From IMG/VR virus record IMGVR_UViG_3300010885_062553: 64,000 nt of DNA; one strand, written 5' to 3'. Of this stretch, positions 17,560 to 27,048 are shown piece by piece (position 1 is the first letter of the stretch; each line of letters begins with the position of its first letter). A program made the position numbers and the translations under genes. The stretch comes from an uncultured virus (IMG/VR IMGVR_UViG_3300010885_062553). Its lineage: Duplodnaviria > Heunggongvirae > Uroviricota > Caudoviricetes. Below the pieces are notes generated by a model. That model saw only the letters and a list, made by a program, of their open reading frames with translations. It did no database searches and was not told the origin of the DNA.

Positions 17560-19119
17560 ATGTCATTAGAGGATATCCAAATAGTAACTTTAGCTTTAAA
17601 CAATATCAAATTGGATGAACAGGTCCAAGTAGATAGAAGAAAGAACCCAGACGATCTACAGAAAGAAAGAGATGATGGATTTGTAGTCGAAAAGAATATA
17701 GGTCTTTATGTTCCCTTTATAACCATTAATGGATATAGTGTTACTAAATATTTAAAAAAGTTTGATCTGAATCTAGATGGATTTTTGCCCATTGTAAAAT
17801 TTACTTTCTATGCACTAGAAAGTGTTTTTATTTCTGTGAATTACCCAAAGGATGGTGATATAGCTTCTGTTTACATGAGATCACCTGGGGATTACTATAA
17901 ACCATTTAGAATGGATTTTAGTATTCTCTCTGTGAATAGTGAGCCTTCAAGTGTGATGGACCCCAGCGGGAAAGATGCCGAAGGCAGAGGTAAAAATTTA
18001 AAATTCACCATTATGGGTGAATGTAGAATCCCTGGACTCTATACTAATCGAATTAAATCATTTAGAGACGTTACCTCTTCTGAATGCTTGCTCCAGGTTT
18101 CTCAGGATTTAAACTTAGGATTTTCCACAAATGACAGGACCTTAAATGACAAGATGACTTGGATATGTCCATCATATTCATATTATGATTTTATACAAGA
18201 GGTTTCTTTGCGTGCTTACAAGGACGACGAAAAAAGTTTTTTTGATTGCTGGATAGATTGCTATTATAATCTCAATTTTGTTAATCTTGGCTCACAGTTT
18301 GATTATGGTGATCCACCTCAGCAAATTGCAGTTTACCTCCCCGGATATGTTGGAGGAGGCTATCAAGCTAGTAATGAATATGCTGCAACCCCAGATCCTG
18401 GACCTGTTCAAGGGCCTTTAGTTTTAACTAATCTTAGTGGGTATGGAACAATTCCTTATTTTATAATTGGATATACCTTGACTTCTAGAAGTGGTCTTAA
18501 CACTAATCAAATGGGATATGTTAATCAGATAGGATTTTATGATGAACACGCGAAAGAAAAAAATCTTTCTAACAAATACATAAAATATGATATAGAATCA
18601 CAGACGCCAGAGAAGATTGGAATAGACGCTATTCTTCAGAAAGGTAGAGCTAGAGATAATTCTTATAAGGAGGAAAAGAGAATAGAATGGCTTGGTGTTT
18701 TAAATTCTAAAATTTCACCAAGTGATGGAGTACATCCTAATTTTATTCATGCGAAGTTTCAAAATCTAATCAACATAAATGATGCAACTAAAATGACATT
18801 AGTTGTTGAATTAGAAAACTATTTTCCTGGAATCTATAGGGGTCAAGTGGTTCCTGTTCAAATTTATGTTAGTGAAACTGGGCTCAGACAACAGAATGCT
18901 GGTAATCAGAGTAATAGAGAAACGAATGACATCCCCTCGCCGGTTCAGGATTTATTTCTTTCTGGTAATTATGTTGTTATTGGGGTGAGTGTTTATTGGA
19001 GTTATTCGGGTGGAAGAATGAGACAGTCTTTAACTTTGGCCAAGAGGGTTTGGAATGCAAATAGCTCAGGTGCCCTACCTAAAGCATTTCCAATATCTCC
19101 AACGAGGGATTTATTTTAA
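17560..19119 (+). CDS. Putative baseplate hub protein (gp27/gpD-like)
   Basis: Position between gp53-like and spike genes; C-terminal PGIYRGQVVPV...LSGNYVVIGVSVYW...QSLTLAKR typical of hub proteins. Confidence 0.55.
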   Translation: MSLEDIQIVTLALNNIKLDEQVQVDRRKNPDDLQKERDDGFVVEKNIGLYVPFITINGYSVTKYLKKFDLNLDGFLPIVKFTFYALESVFISVNYPKDGDIASVYMRSPGDYYKPFRMDFSILSVNSEPSSVMDPSGKDAEGRGKNLKFTIMGECRIPGLYTNRIKSFRDVTSSECLLQVSQDLNLGFSTNDRTLNDKMTWICPSYSYYDFIQEVSLRAYKDDEKSFFDCWIDCYYNLNFVNLGSQFDYGDPPQQIAVYLPGYVGGGYQASNEYAATPDPGPVQGPLVLTNLSGYGTIPYFIIGYTLTSRSGLNTNQMGYVNQIGFYDEHAKEKNLSNKYIKYDIESQTPEKIGIDAILQKGRARDNSYKEEKRIEWLGVLNSKISPSDGVHPNFIHAKFQNLININDATKMTLVVELENYFPGIYRGQVVPVQIYVSETGLRQQNAGNQSNRETNDIPSPVQDLFLSGNYVVIGVSVYWSYSGGRMRQSLTLAKRVWNANSSGALPKAFPISPTRDLF

Positions 19120-19125
19120 TATAGG

Positions 19126-19133
19126 GATAAATA
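19126..19133 (+). promoter_or_regulatory. Putative late promoter variant GATAAATA
   Basis: In the 36-nt gap before 19156; one mismatch to GATATATA and one to T4 TATAAATA. Confidence 0.6.
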
Positions 19134-19155
19134 TACTAAATTTTTTAAACGTCAA

Positions 19156-22100
19156 ATGTCAGCAACAGATAAACAAAGGAGTCTCTTTTTAAAAGGGTTT
19201 AAACTTTCTAAACAGGGAAATTATGAGGACCCAACATACCTTGGGTTTAAAGTTGTTTTTGATTTTGGTGTTTTACCTGTTGATCCTGATGACGGTCTGC
19301 CTCCTAGTCCTCTTTTAAAAAAAGAAAACTATTTAACAGGAGCGGATCTTAGTAGTTTTGCTGCCAGAAATCCATTCAGCCAGCCAATGTACGAATTTAA
19401 AACACCAGGACCTGCTGGAGAAATCTCATTCTACTCAGCAAGCGGATATTTAGCTGACAGAGAGGATGGATTTAGAACAGGAGGAAAAAGATCGGATATG
19501 CTTCTTCAATTTCAGGAAACGCTGCGAGATCTTGTTGACAACTACCCTTGGTTTTTACAATCGATTACTGGGCTTGATGCCTTAGCTAAAGTTACCAGAG
19601 GTGGATTTCCTGACGATTCCGCTTCTAATTTTAATCCACAAAGAACTGCAGGAAAAGTCCTGGAATTTAAAACATTAGAATCTTTAAATCTAAGAATAAC
19701 CGCATTAGCTACTCTATACAATCAAGCCACTTTTGATTATGATAATATGAGAGAGCTGGTACCTAGAAACCTCAGAAGATTTATGATGTATATCTTTGTT
19801 ACGGAGATAAGAAATTTCTTTAAAACTTCTAGACTTATAGGGTCCTCTGCTACACTCAAAACAATAGACAACCTATCAACACTTCTTGGCAATGCAAAAA
19901 ATCCAGGAACTTCTCTTGGAGCGGAGGAAGCTGCAGCAGGACAGAATCAACAGTATGGAGTAGGGGGAGGAACAAATCCAGCTAATCCATTTAACTCTTT
20001 TGTCGGAGGTATTTTAAATACAGCTGGAGTTAATAACGATTTAGCTGCCTTTAAAAATCAACAGGATCAGTCTGGGATCAAACCCGTTATTGTTTTTGAG
20101 TGTAGAAATTGCGAATTTGATTTCAGTGAAAGTACTCCAGTCCAAAATATAATGACACCAGGAACTATCTCCCCTGATATAGTGACACAGGGATTCAAAA
20201 TACATGTTGGTCGTGTTAGAATGAGATCGCAGTTTCCTAATATTAGACTAGACGGAAATCCTTTAATACTTGGGGATAGCTGGGACGGATCAAGATCGTC
20301 TGTTCAACAAGCACCAAAAGCACCAAACCCCAAAACCGGACTACAAGGAATACTTGAACTTGGAAAGGATCTATTGACAAATTTTATAGGTAACTCTCTA
20401 AATGATTTGATCAACGAGGGGGTTTCATCCATTACTAGATCTCTATCTGGTGTAGATCGAACCATTTTAGGAAATGCCTATAATTTTAATACTGCTTTAC
20501 TGAATGGAAATAATCTTTCTTTTAATAATGCTCAAAACTTCTTGCAGGGTCTAGGCGGTGGAAACTCAAGGTTGGCTGGACCACAAGGGGGAGGACTGGG
20601 TGGACCTCCTCAAAGAGCATACAATAGTCCAAGTGGTGATGAATATCCAACATCACCCGGTCAAGATCTCGGAGTTCCTCAAAGAGTTTACCCTACTGTC
20701 AGGGATGATGCTTATAGATCTTCTCCAGGGGCAGATCTAGGATTACCAACAAGAGCTTATCTATCACCAGGTGGAGATGAATATCCAACAGTTCCTGGTC
20801 AGGATCTGGGATCACCACAAAGGGTTTATGTAAAACCAACAGGGGATGCATATCCAAACTCACCTGGTTCAGATTTAGGCCTTCCAACAAGGGCATATCC
20901 ATCACCTGGCGGTGACGAGTATCCAACAGTTCCTGGACAGGATCTTGGATCACCACAAAGAGTTTATGTAAAACCGACAGGTGATGTCTATTCAACTTCA
21001 CCAGGATCAGATTTGGGCCTACCAACAAGAGCTTATCCATCTCCTGGTGGCGACGAGTATCCAACCGTTCCTGGGCAGGATCTTGGATCTCCCCAAAGGG
21101 TTTATCAAACCCCATCAGGCGACGTTTATTCAAACAGTCCAGGTAATGATCTGGGTGTTCCTAGCAGAATTTATGGATCCCCAGGTGGTGATGTATATCC
21201 AACAGTTCCAGGTAAAGATCTTGGAGCTCCTGAGAGAGTCTATCAAGATCCTCAAGGAGATGTTTATTCAAACAGTCCAGGAAGAGATCTAGGTCTTCCT
21301 GACAGGGCTTATCCTGAAGCTTCTGGTGATGCTTATACCGGAGTTCCTGGAGCTGATCTAGGGATTCCTGATAGGATTTATAACAATCCATCTGGTGATG
21401 TTTATTCAGCATCTCCAGGACAGGATCTAGGTGTTCCAGATAGAGTTTATCAAGTAGCATCAGGTGATTTATATCCAACATCACCAGGAGAAGATTTAGG
21501 TGTTCCTGATAGGGTTTATCAAACCCCTTCAGGAGATGTCTATTCCAATTCTCCTGGGAGTGAATTAGGTCTTCCTAATAGGATATACGAATCTCCAGGT
21601 AATCGAGATGCTTATCCGGAGGTACCTGGAGATTCTCTAGGTGTTCCCAATAGAATATACCCGACACCGTCGGGAGATGTTTATTCAAATTCGCCAGGTA
21701 GGGATCTTGGATTACCTAACAGAGAGTACAATTTACCTAATGGTGATGCTTATCAAACCGTTCCTGGCGATGATCTTGGAGTTCCTAATAGGGTTTATCC
21801 AAATCCTGCTGGTGATGTTTACCAAAATTCTCCTGGCCCTGATTTAGGACTTCCTGGTAGGGTTTATGCACCCACTGAGGGAGATGTATACTCTAAAGTT
21901 CCTGGAGAAGATCTGGGTGTCCCTGGTAGAGTTTATCCAACCACATCAGGCGATGTTTACTCAAAGTCACCAGGCGAAGATCTTGGACTTCCTAATAGAA
22001 TTTATGGGTCATTGAATGAGGATATGTATTCTAAAGTTCCAGGGGAAGATCTAGGAGCTCCTGATAGAGTTTATCAAACTCCTTCTGGAGACGTCTATCC

Positions 22101-25100
22101 AAATAGCCCAGGGGAAGATCTAGGACTTCCGAATAGGGTTTACAAATCTCCAGAAGGCGATGCATACTATAAAGTTCCAGGAGAAGATCTAGGGGTTCCT
22201 GATAGAGTTTATCAAGCACCTTCTGGCGATGTTTATCCAAACAGCCCTGGAAGGGATTTGGGGGTTCCTAACAGACTATACGGTCAGCCTTCCGGGGATC
22301 TTTATACGAAGTCTCCAGGAGAAGATCTAGGGGTTCCTGATAGAGTTTATCAAGCACCTTCTGGCGATGTTTATCCAAACAGCCCTGGAAGGGATTTGGG
22401 GGTTCCTAATAGATTTTACGGATCTCCAAACGGTGATGCATATCCTAAAGTTATTGGTGATGATCTCGGGGTTCCTGATAGAGTTTATCAAGCACCTTCT
22501 GGCGATGTTTATCCAAACAGTCCAGGTAGTGATCTATCACTTCCAAATAGATTCTACGGATCTCCTGGAGGAGATGTATACCCTAAAGTTCCTGGCGACG
22601 ATCTTGGTTCTCCTGAGAGAATTTATCCTAAGACTACTGGTGACTCCTATCCAAATAATCCAGGGAATGATCTAGGTGTTCCTAATAGATTATATAGCCA
22701 GCCCTCTGGAGACGTATACCCTAAAGTTCCTGGCGAAGATCTTGGGGTTCCTGATAGAATTTACCCAAGAACATCTGGAGATGTTTATTCAGATAGCCCG
22801 GGAAGAGATTTGGGCGTTCCGAATAGACTATATGGTGGACCAGAAGGCGATGCTTATCCTAAAAACCCAGGTGAAGATTTAGGTGTTCCTGATAGAGTTT
22901 ACCCGACCACATCCGGTGATGTCTATCCGAACAGTCAAGGAAAGGCCCTTGGTTTGCCTAACAGATTTTACGAATCCCCTGATGGCGACGTCTATTCTAA
23001 AGTTCCAGGTGATGATCTTGGTGCTCCAAATAGAGTTTATCCAAGAACTCAGGGCGACGTTTATCCTGATAGTCAAGGAAAGGCTCTTGGGGTTCCTAAC
23101 AGATTTTACGAATCACCTTTCGGAGACGAGTACTCTAAATCTCCTGGTAAGGATCTAGGAGTCCCTGGTAGAATTTATCCGAATATTTTCGGAGATGTGT
23201 ATCCAAATTCTCCTGGGGATGATTTAGGACTACCCTCTAGAGCGTATCCTTCGTCTACTGGTGATGTTTATTCTAAAGTTCCTGGAAATGATCTTGGAGT
23301 TCCTGATAGAGTATATGGTAAAACTTCAGGAGATGTTTACCCAGAAAATCCAGGGAAAGACTTAGGACTACCATCTAGAACCTATACTCAATCAACAGGG
23401 GATGAGTATCCTAGAGTCACTGATAACAATACTGGATCGCCTCTTGAAAGTGTGTATTTCAGAACACCAGTTGACGTTTACCCAGAAACCCCCGGCAAAA
23501 ATTTAGGAGTTCCAAATAGAGCATACCCTCCGTCTTCAGGAGACGAGTACCCTAAAGTTCCTGGAAATGATCTTGGAGTTCCTGATAGAGTATATCCAGG
23601 AACGCCAGGCGATATTTATCCAGAAACCCCAGGTAAAGATTTAGGAAACCCTGATAGGGTTTATAAATCACCATATGGAAATGAATATCCTAAATCCAAT
23701 GTTGATGGTACAATATCTCCAGAAAAAGTATATGATAAAATCTCAGGTGACTTTTATCTAGAAACACCAGGTAAAGATTTAGGTGTTCCTAGTAGATTTT
23801 ACGGATCTCCCGGTGGAGATGTATATCCTAAAGTTCCTGGCGATGATCTTGGAGTTCCTGATAGGGTATATCCTAAAACTTCTGGCGATGCTTATCCAAA
23901 TAGAACAGAAAAGGATTTAGAGATCCCGAATAGATTTTATGAAACCCCCGGTATAGACTCATATCCTAAAGTTCCTGGTGATGATCTCGGTGTTCCTGAT
24001 AGGGTATATTCTAAAACTTTTGGTGATGTTTATCCAGGATCACCAGGAAATGATCTATCGGTTCCTAATAGAGTTTATAAATCTCCAGAGGGTTATGAAT
24101 ATCCTAATGTTCCTGGTGATGCTCTTGGAGATCCTAATAGCGTATACCCTAAAACTTTTGGTGATGTTTACCCAGAAACCCCGGGTAAAAATTTAGGTGT
24201 TCCTAATAGAGTTTATAAATCTCCAGAGGGTGATGAATATCCTAATGTTCCTGGAGAAGATCTAGGATCTCCTGATAGGGTATATTCTAAAACAACTGGG
24301 GATGTTTATCAGGATAGCCCAGGAAAAGATCTAGGATTACCTTCCAGAGCTTATCCCGGAATAAATGAAAAAGTGTATCCTGAATCGAGAGGAGGAAATT
24401 CTGATCCTATTGAAAGCGTGTATTCCAGAACACCAGGAGACGTTTATACAAATATTCCAGGAAAAGATCTGGGATTACCTGATAGAGCTTATCCAGGAAT
24501 AAACGAAAGGGCATACCCTAAAAATACAGAAGAAGGTTTTGATAAATTTAAAAGCGTGTATTCCAATATACAAAACTCAGATGTATATCCAACACATCCA
24601 GGGAAAGATCTCGGAAAAGAGAAGTCTAATTATGGGGCAGGTACAGATTTAAACCAGCAAGAAATTTTTGGTAGTATTTATAGAAATTCAAATCCAATAA
24701 TGGATTCAAATACATCCAGTCTCGGAGCGGGAAGCTATGGTTCTACTTACAAGAATGAATACGACAGCAATTCACTAAATACCCCTGGTGTTTACGATCA
24801 AAAATTATATTCGGATCCAGCTAAGGGATTAGGATCTAATCCGGTATATTCACAGCAGAGACCTGATCTTGATATGGGCAACCCTTTAAATACTTTTAAT
24901 AACGAGCCTCCAGGGACAGTGTATCCTCCAACGCCTTCTATCTCTTCATCCAGAGTAAGAGGTGATCTTGGAAGGGATTATCCGCCAGTATCTGGAGATT
25001 TTTTAATGGAACCCCCAATAAATTTAGGGAATCTAAAACCACCTGATAAATATAATATTAGCACAGGAGGACTTAATACTCCTAAATCTAAATTTGAATA

Positions 25101-25101
25101 A
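19156..25101 (+). CDS. 1981-aa baseplate-module protein: globular (possibly tube-fold) N-terminal domain + about 58 x 23-aa Pro/Gly/Tyr repeats
   Basis: Non-repetitive first ~490 aa, then tandem GD(V/A/E)YPxxPGxDLG(V/L)PxRxYxxxx units; located between hub and spike genes. Confidence 0.75.
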   Translation: MSATDKQRSLFLKGFKLSKQGNYEDPTYLGFKVVFDFGVLPVDPDDGLPPSPLLKKENYLTGADLSSFAARNPFSQPMYEFKTPGPAGEISFYSASGYLADREDGFRTGGKRSDMLLQFQETLRDLVDNYPWFLQSITGLDALAKVTRGGFPDDSASNFNPQRTAGKVLEFKTLESLNLRITALATLYNQATFDYDNMRELVPRNLRRFMMYIFVTEIRNFFKTSRLIGSSATLKTIDNLSTLLGNAKNPGTSLGAEEAAAGQNQQYGVGGGTNPANPFNSFVGGILNTAGVNNDLAAFKNQQDQSGIKPVIVFECRNCEFDFSESTPVQNIMTPGTISPDIVTQGFKIHVGRVRMRSQFPNIRLDGNPLILGDSWDGSRSSVQQAPKAPNPKTGLQGILELGKDLLTNFIGNSLNDLINEGVSSITRSLSGVDRTILGNAYNFNTALLNGNNLSFNNAQNFLQGLGGGNSRLAGPQGGGLGGPPQRAYNSPSGDEYPTSPGQDLGVPQRVYPTVRDDAYRSSPGADLGLPTRAYLSPGGDEYPTVPGQDLGSPQRVYVKPTGDAYPNSPGSDLGLPTRAYPSPGGDEYPTVPGQDLGSPQRVYVKPTGDVYSTSPGSDLGLPTRAYPSPGGDEYPTVPGQDLGSPQRVYQTPSGDVYSNSPGNDLGVPSRIYGSPGGDVYPTVPGKDLGAPERVYQDPQGDVYSNSPGRDLGLPDRAYPEASGDAYTGVPGADLGIPDRIYNNPSGDVYSASPGQDLGVPDRVYQVASGDLYPTSPGEDLGVPDRVYQTPSGDVYSNSPGSELGLPNRIYESPGNRDAYPEVPGDSLGVPNRIYPTPSGDVYSNSPGRDLGLPNREYNLPNGDAYQTVPGDDLGVPNRVYPNPAGDVYQNSPGPDLGLPGRVYAPTEGDVYSKVPGEDLGVPGRVYPTTSGDVYSKSPGEDLGLPNRIYGSLNEDMYSKVPGEDLGAPDRVYQTPSGDVYPNSPGEDLGLPNRVYKSPEGDAYYKVPGEDLGVPDRVYQAPSGDVYPNSPGRDLGVPNRLYGQPSGDLYTKSPGEDLGVPDRVYQAPSGDVYPNSPGRDLGVPNRFYGSPNGDAYPKVIGDDLGVPDRVYQAPSGDVYPNSPGSDLSLPNRFYGSPGGDVYPKVPGDDLGSPERIYPKTTGDSYPNNPGNDLGVPNRLYSQPSGDVYPKVPGEDLGVPDRIYPRTSGDVYSDSPGRDLGVPNRLYGGPEGDAYPKNPGEDLGVPDRVYPTTSGDVYPNSQGKALGLPNRFYESPDGDVYSKVPGDDLGAPNRVYPRTQGDVYPDSQGKALGVPNRFYESPFGDEYSKSPGKDLGVPGRIYPNIFGDVYPNSPGDDLGLPSRAYPSSTGDVYSKVPGNDLGVPDRVYGKTSGDVYPENPGKDLGLPSRTYTQSTGDEYPRVTDNNTGSPLESVYFRTPVDVYPETPGKNLGVPNRAYPPSSGDEYPKVPGNDLGVPDRVYPGTPGDIYPETPGKDLGNPDRVYKSPYGNEYPKSNVDGTISPEKVYDKISGDFYLETPGKDLGVPSRFYGSPGGDVYPKVPGDDLGVPDRVYPKTSGDAYPNRTEKDLEIPNRFYETPGIDSYPKVPGDDLGVPDRVYSKTFGDVYPGSPGNDLSVPNRVYKSPEGYEYPNVPGDALGDPNSVYPKTFGDVYPETPGKNLGVPNRVYKSPEGDEYPNVPGEDLGSPDRVYSKTTGDVYQDSPGKDLGLPSRAYPGINEKVYPESRGGNSDPIESVYSRTPGDVYTNIPGKDLGLPDRAYPGINERAYPKNTEEGFDKFKSVYSNIQNSDVYPTHPGKDLGKEKSNYGAGTDLNQQEIFGSIYRNSNPIMDSNTSSLGAGSYGSTYKNEYDSNSLNTPGVYDQKLYSDPAKGLGSNPVYSQQRPDLDMGNPLNTFNNEPPGTVYPPTPSISSSRVRGDLGRDYPPVSGDFLMEPPINLGNLKPPDKYNISTGGLNTPKSKFE
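20635..24640 (+). repeat. Coding tandem repeat, 69-bp unit (138-bp higher-order dimer), about 58 copies
   Basis: Counted by hand from the translation; exact DNA duplicate at a 138-bp offset, 22176-22271 = 22314-22409. Confidence 0.95.
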
Positions 25102-25103
25102 AA

Positions 25104-25805
25104 ATGCCAAGTGAAAAAACATACCTGGGTTCAGTTGTAGATAACAAGGACCCGCTTTATGAGGGAAGAGCCAGAGTGAGAGTCTTCGGAGTTCTTGATG
25201 ATATTCCTGTTGAAGATCTTCCTTGGGCAGAGCAAATCTCTGGTCTTTCTTTTGGTGGAAATGGCGGAGGGGGTAACCTTTCTATACCTAGAATTGGAGC
25301 TGTGGTTGGTGTACATTTTGAGGAGAATAATTATTATAAAATGAACTATCAATCGATTAAGGAGATCTCTGATGATCTTTTATCTGAGCTCAAAGATGAT
25401 AATTCTTATGAGGGTACGCAATCACTTATATACGATTCTGAAGCTCGACCTGGTCCACTTAAAATGATCTATACACGTAGGAAGGGATTGGTATTTCAAT
25501 TAGGGGAGGCAACAATACAACTAGATACTCAAAACGCAAAAGATGGATCTGAAAATCTTAGGATTGTTCTGAAAATGAACGACGATGAAATCCGCATGGA
25601 GAGGAAGAACGGAAAACAAACAGTTATTGTTAATAGCTCTAGCATAGAGCTTGGAGAAAATGCAATCGAGAGGTTAGTCCTTGGAGATTCTTTTATGAAG
25701 CTTTTTAATTCACACACTCATAAAACTGAAACTGGAGAAACTGAATCTCCTTCTCAAAAAATGGAAATAATTGCTCACCTTAGTAGAGTTTCCAAATCTA
25801 AATAA
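25104..25805 (+). CDS. Baseplate central spike, gp5 N-terminal OB-fold / gpV-like, without lysozyme domain
   Basis: YLGSVVDNKDPLYEGRARVRVFG...LPWA...IPRIGAVVGVHF; C-terminal FNSHTH (HxH tip motif). Confidence 0.85.
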   Translation: MPSEKTYLGSVVDNKDPLYEGRARVRVFGVLDDIPVEDLPWAEQISGLSFGGNGGGGNLSIPRIGAVVGVHFEENNYYKMNYQSIKEISDDLLSELKDDNSYEGTQSLIYDSEARPGPLKMIYTRRKGLVFQLGEATIQLDTQNAKDGSENLRIVLKMNDDEIRMERKNGKQTVIVNSSSIELGENAIERLVLGDSFMKLFNSHTHKTETGETESPSQKMEIIAHLSRVSKSK

Positions 25806-25835
25806 TCTTATTTCACTTAAAGGAACTTAAGATTT

Positions 25836-25843
25836 GATATATA
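25836..25843 (+). promoter_or_regulatory. Putative late promoter GATATATA
   Basis: Exact octamer upstream of the S1-like gene. Confidence 0.7.
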
Positions 25844-25887
25844 CTATAACTAAATAATTTATCACTAAACCTTTAAAAACAAAACGA

Positions 25888-27048
25888 ATGAGTTTTAATC
25901 TAGCAGAAGATTTCGATTGGACGCTACCAAACAAAAGAGCGGTTAATGCAAAAATTAAAGCCCCAGAGGGGTCAAGAGTTTATTCCCATGAAAAGTATGC
26001 TCAAGATTTGAGCAATTTATACTTTAGTGGGGTTTCTTATGAATTTGATAAAATAGGGAAAGACCTTAAAGATGGTGAGGTTTATCCATGTAAAATCACA
26101 AACATGAACGAGACTGAAGCATTGGCTCAGACTTCGGCAGGCCAGACGATTTATATAGACCTAAGAAAAGAGAGAAGAGATGCCGCTAAATTAAATTTAG
26201 AGGAGATAGACTTTCAAGTTGGAGCGGAATTTAAAGCTAGTGTTAGAAAAGTAGGAAGCAGCTATTTTGGCTCCGTTATTGATTTCTATATGCATAGTAT
26301 CAGAGACGAATTCTTTGCACAAATCAAAGAAGGATCTCATGCATACAGAGCTAAAATAGAAAGTATAAATAAAGGTGGCTATATCGCAAGCATTTCAGGA
26401 ATAAAATGTTTCCTTCCTGGATCATTAGCTGCGGCAAACAGAATTACAGATTTTGAGTCTTATATAGGAAAGGAACTTCCTGTTATGATCGAAGGTTATG
26501 TTGACGCAAAAGACATCTTTATTATCTCTTATAAGAAATACTTAAATAAGATCATGGATTCTAAAATACAGGAGCTTGATCTTACTAAAAAATATAAAGG
26601 ATTCGTTACAGGAACCAGCGACTTTGGAGTATTCGTAGAATGGGAAGAAGTTTACACTGGTCTAATCCATAAAACTGAATTTGAAAATGATTCTAGAGTT
26701 ACCTCGTTTATACCTGGTGATGAAATAGAATTCTATATCAAAGAGATAAAGGAAAATAACAGATTAACTCTAACTTTAGAAAAACCACTAGAGAAGAATG
26801 TAATCCTACAAGAGCTTGAGACAAAGATAAAAGACGGAGACTGCGAGTCATTTGAGGCTAGAATTAAGCACTTAAGAAAAAATGGAATTCTTGTTGAATT
26901 AATAGCTCTTGGTCTTATGGCACTAATACCTCAAGATAGAGTCGGTAAGAATAACAGAGGATTCAAACCTGGTGATTCCCTGACAGTTTCACTTTATGAA
27001 GTTGAGGTCAATGCAGGAAAAATATTTGCAGAACCAGTAAATGAGTAA
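25888..27048 (+). CDS. rpsA: Ribosomal protein S1-like protein (about 4 S1/OB domains)
   Basis: INKGGYIASISGIKCFLPGSLA and GFVTGTSDFGVFVEWEEVYTGLIHKTEF match bS1 repeats; shorter than six-domain bS1. Confidence 0.8.
   Translation: MSFNLAEDFDWTLPNKRAVNAKIKAPEGSRVYSHEKYAQDLSNLYFSGVSYEFDKIGKDLKDGEVYPCKITNMNETEALAQTSAGQTIYIDLRKERRDAAKLNLEEIDFQVGAEFKASVRKVGSSYFGSVIDFYMHSIRDEFFAQIKEGSHAYRAKIESINKGGYIASISGIKCFLPGSLAAANRITDFESYIGKELPVMIEGYVDAKDIFIISYKKYLNKIMDSKIQELDLTKKYKGFVTGTSDFGVFVEWEEVYTGLIHKTEFENDSRVTSFIPGDEIEFYIKEIKENNRLTLTLEKPLEKNVILQELETKIKDGDCESFEARIKHLRKNGILVELIALGLMALIPQDRVGKNNRGFKPGDSLTVSLYEVEVNAGKIFAEPVNE

Noticed and set aside
20635..24640. 69-bp periodicity resembling a CRISPR array
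   Set aside because: No invariant repeat with unique spacers; variation is mostly at third codon positions, the whole array is an open frame, and no cas genes are present.
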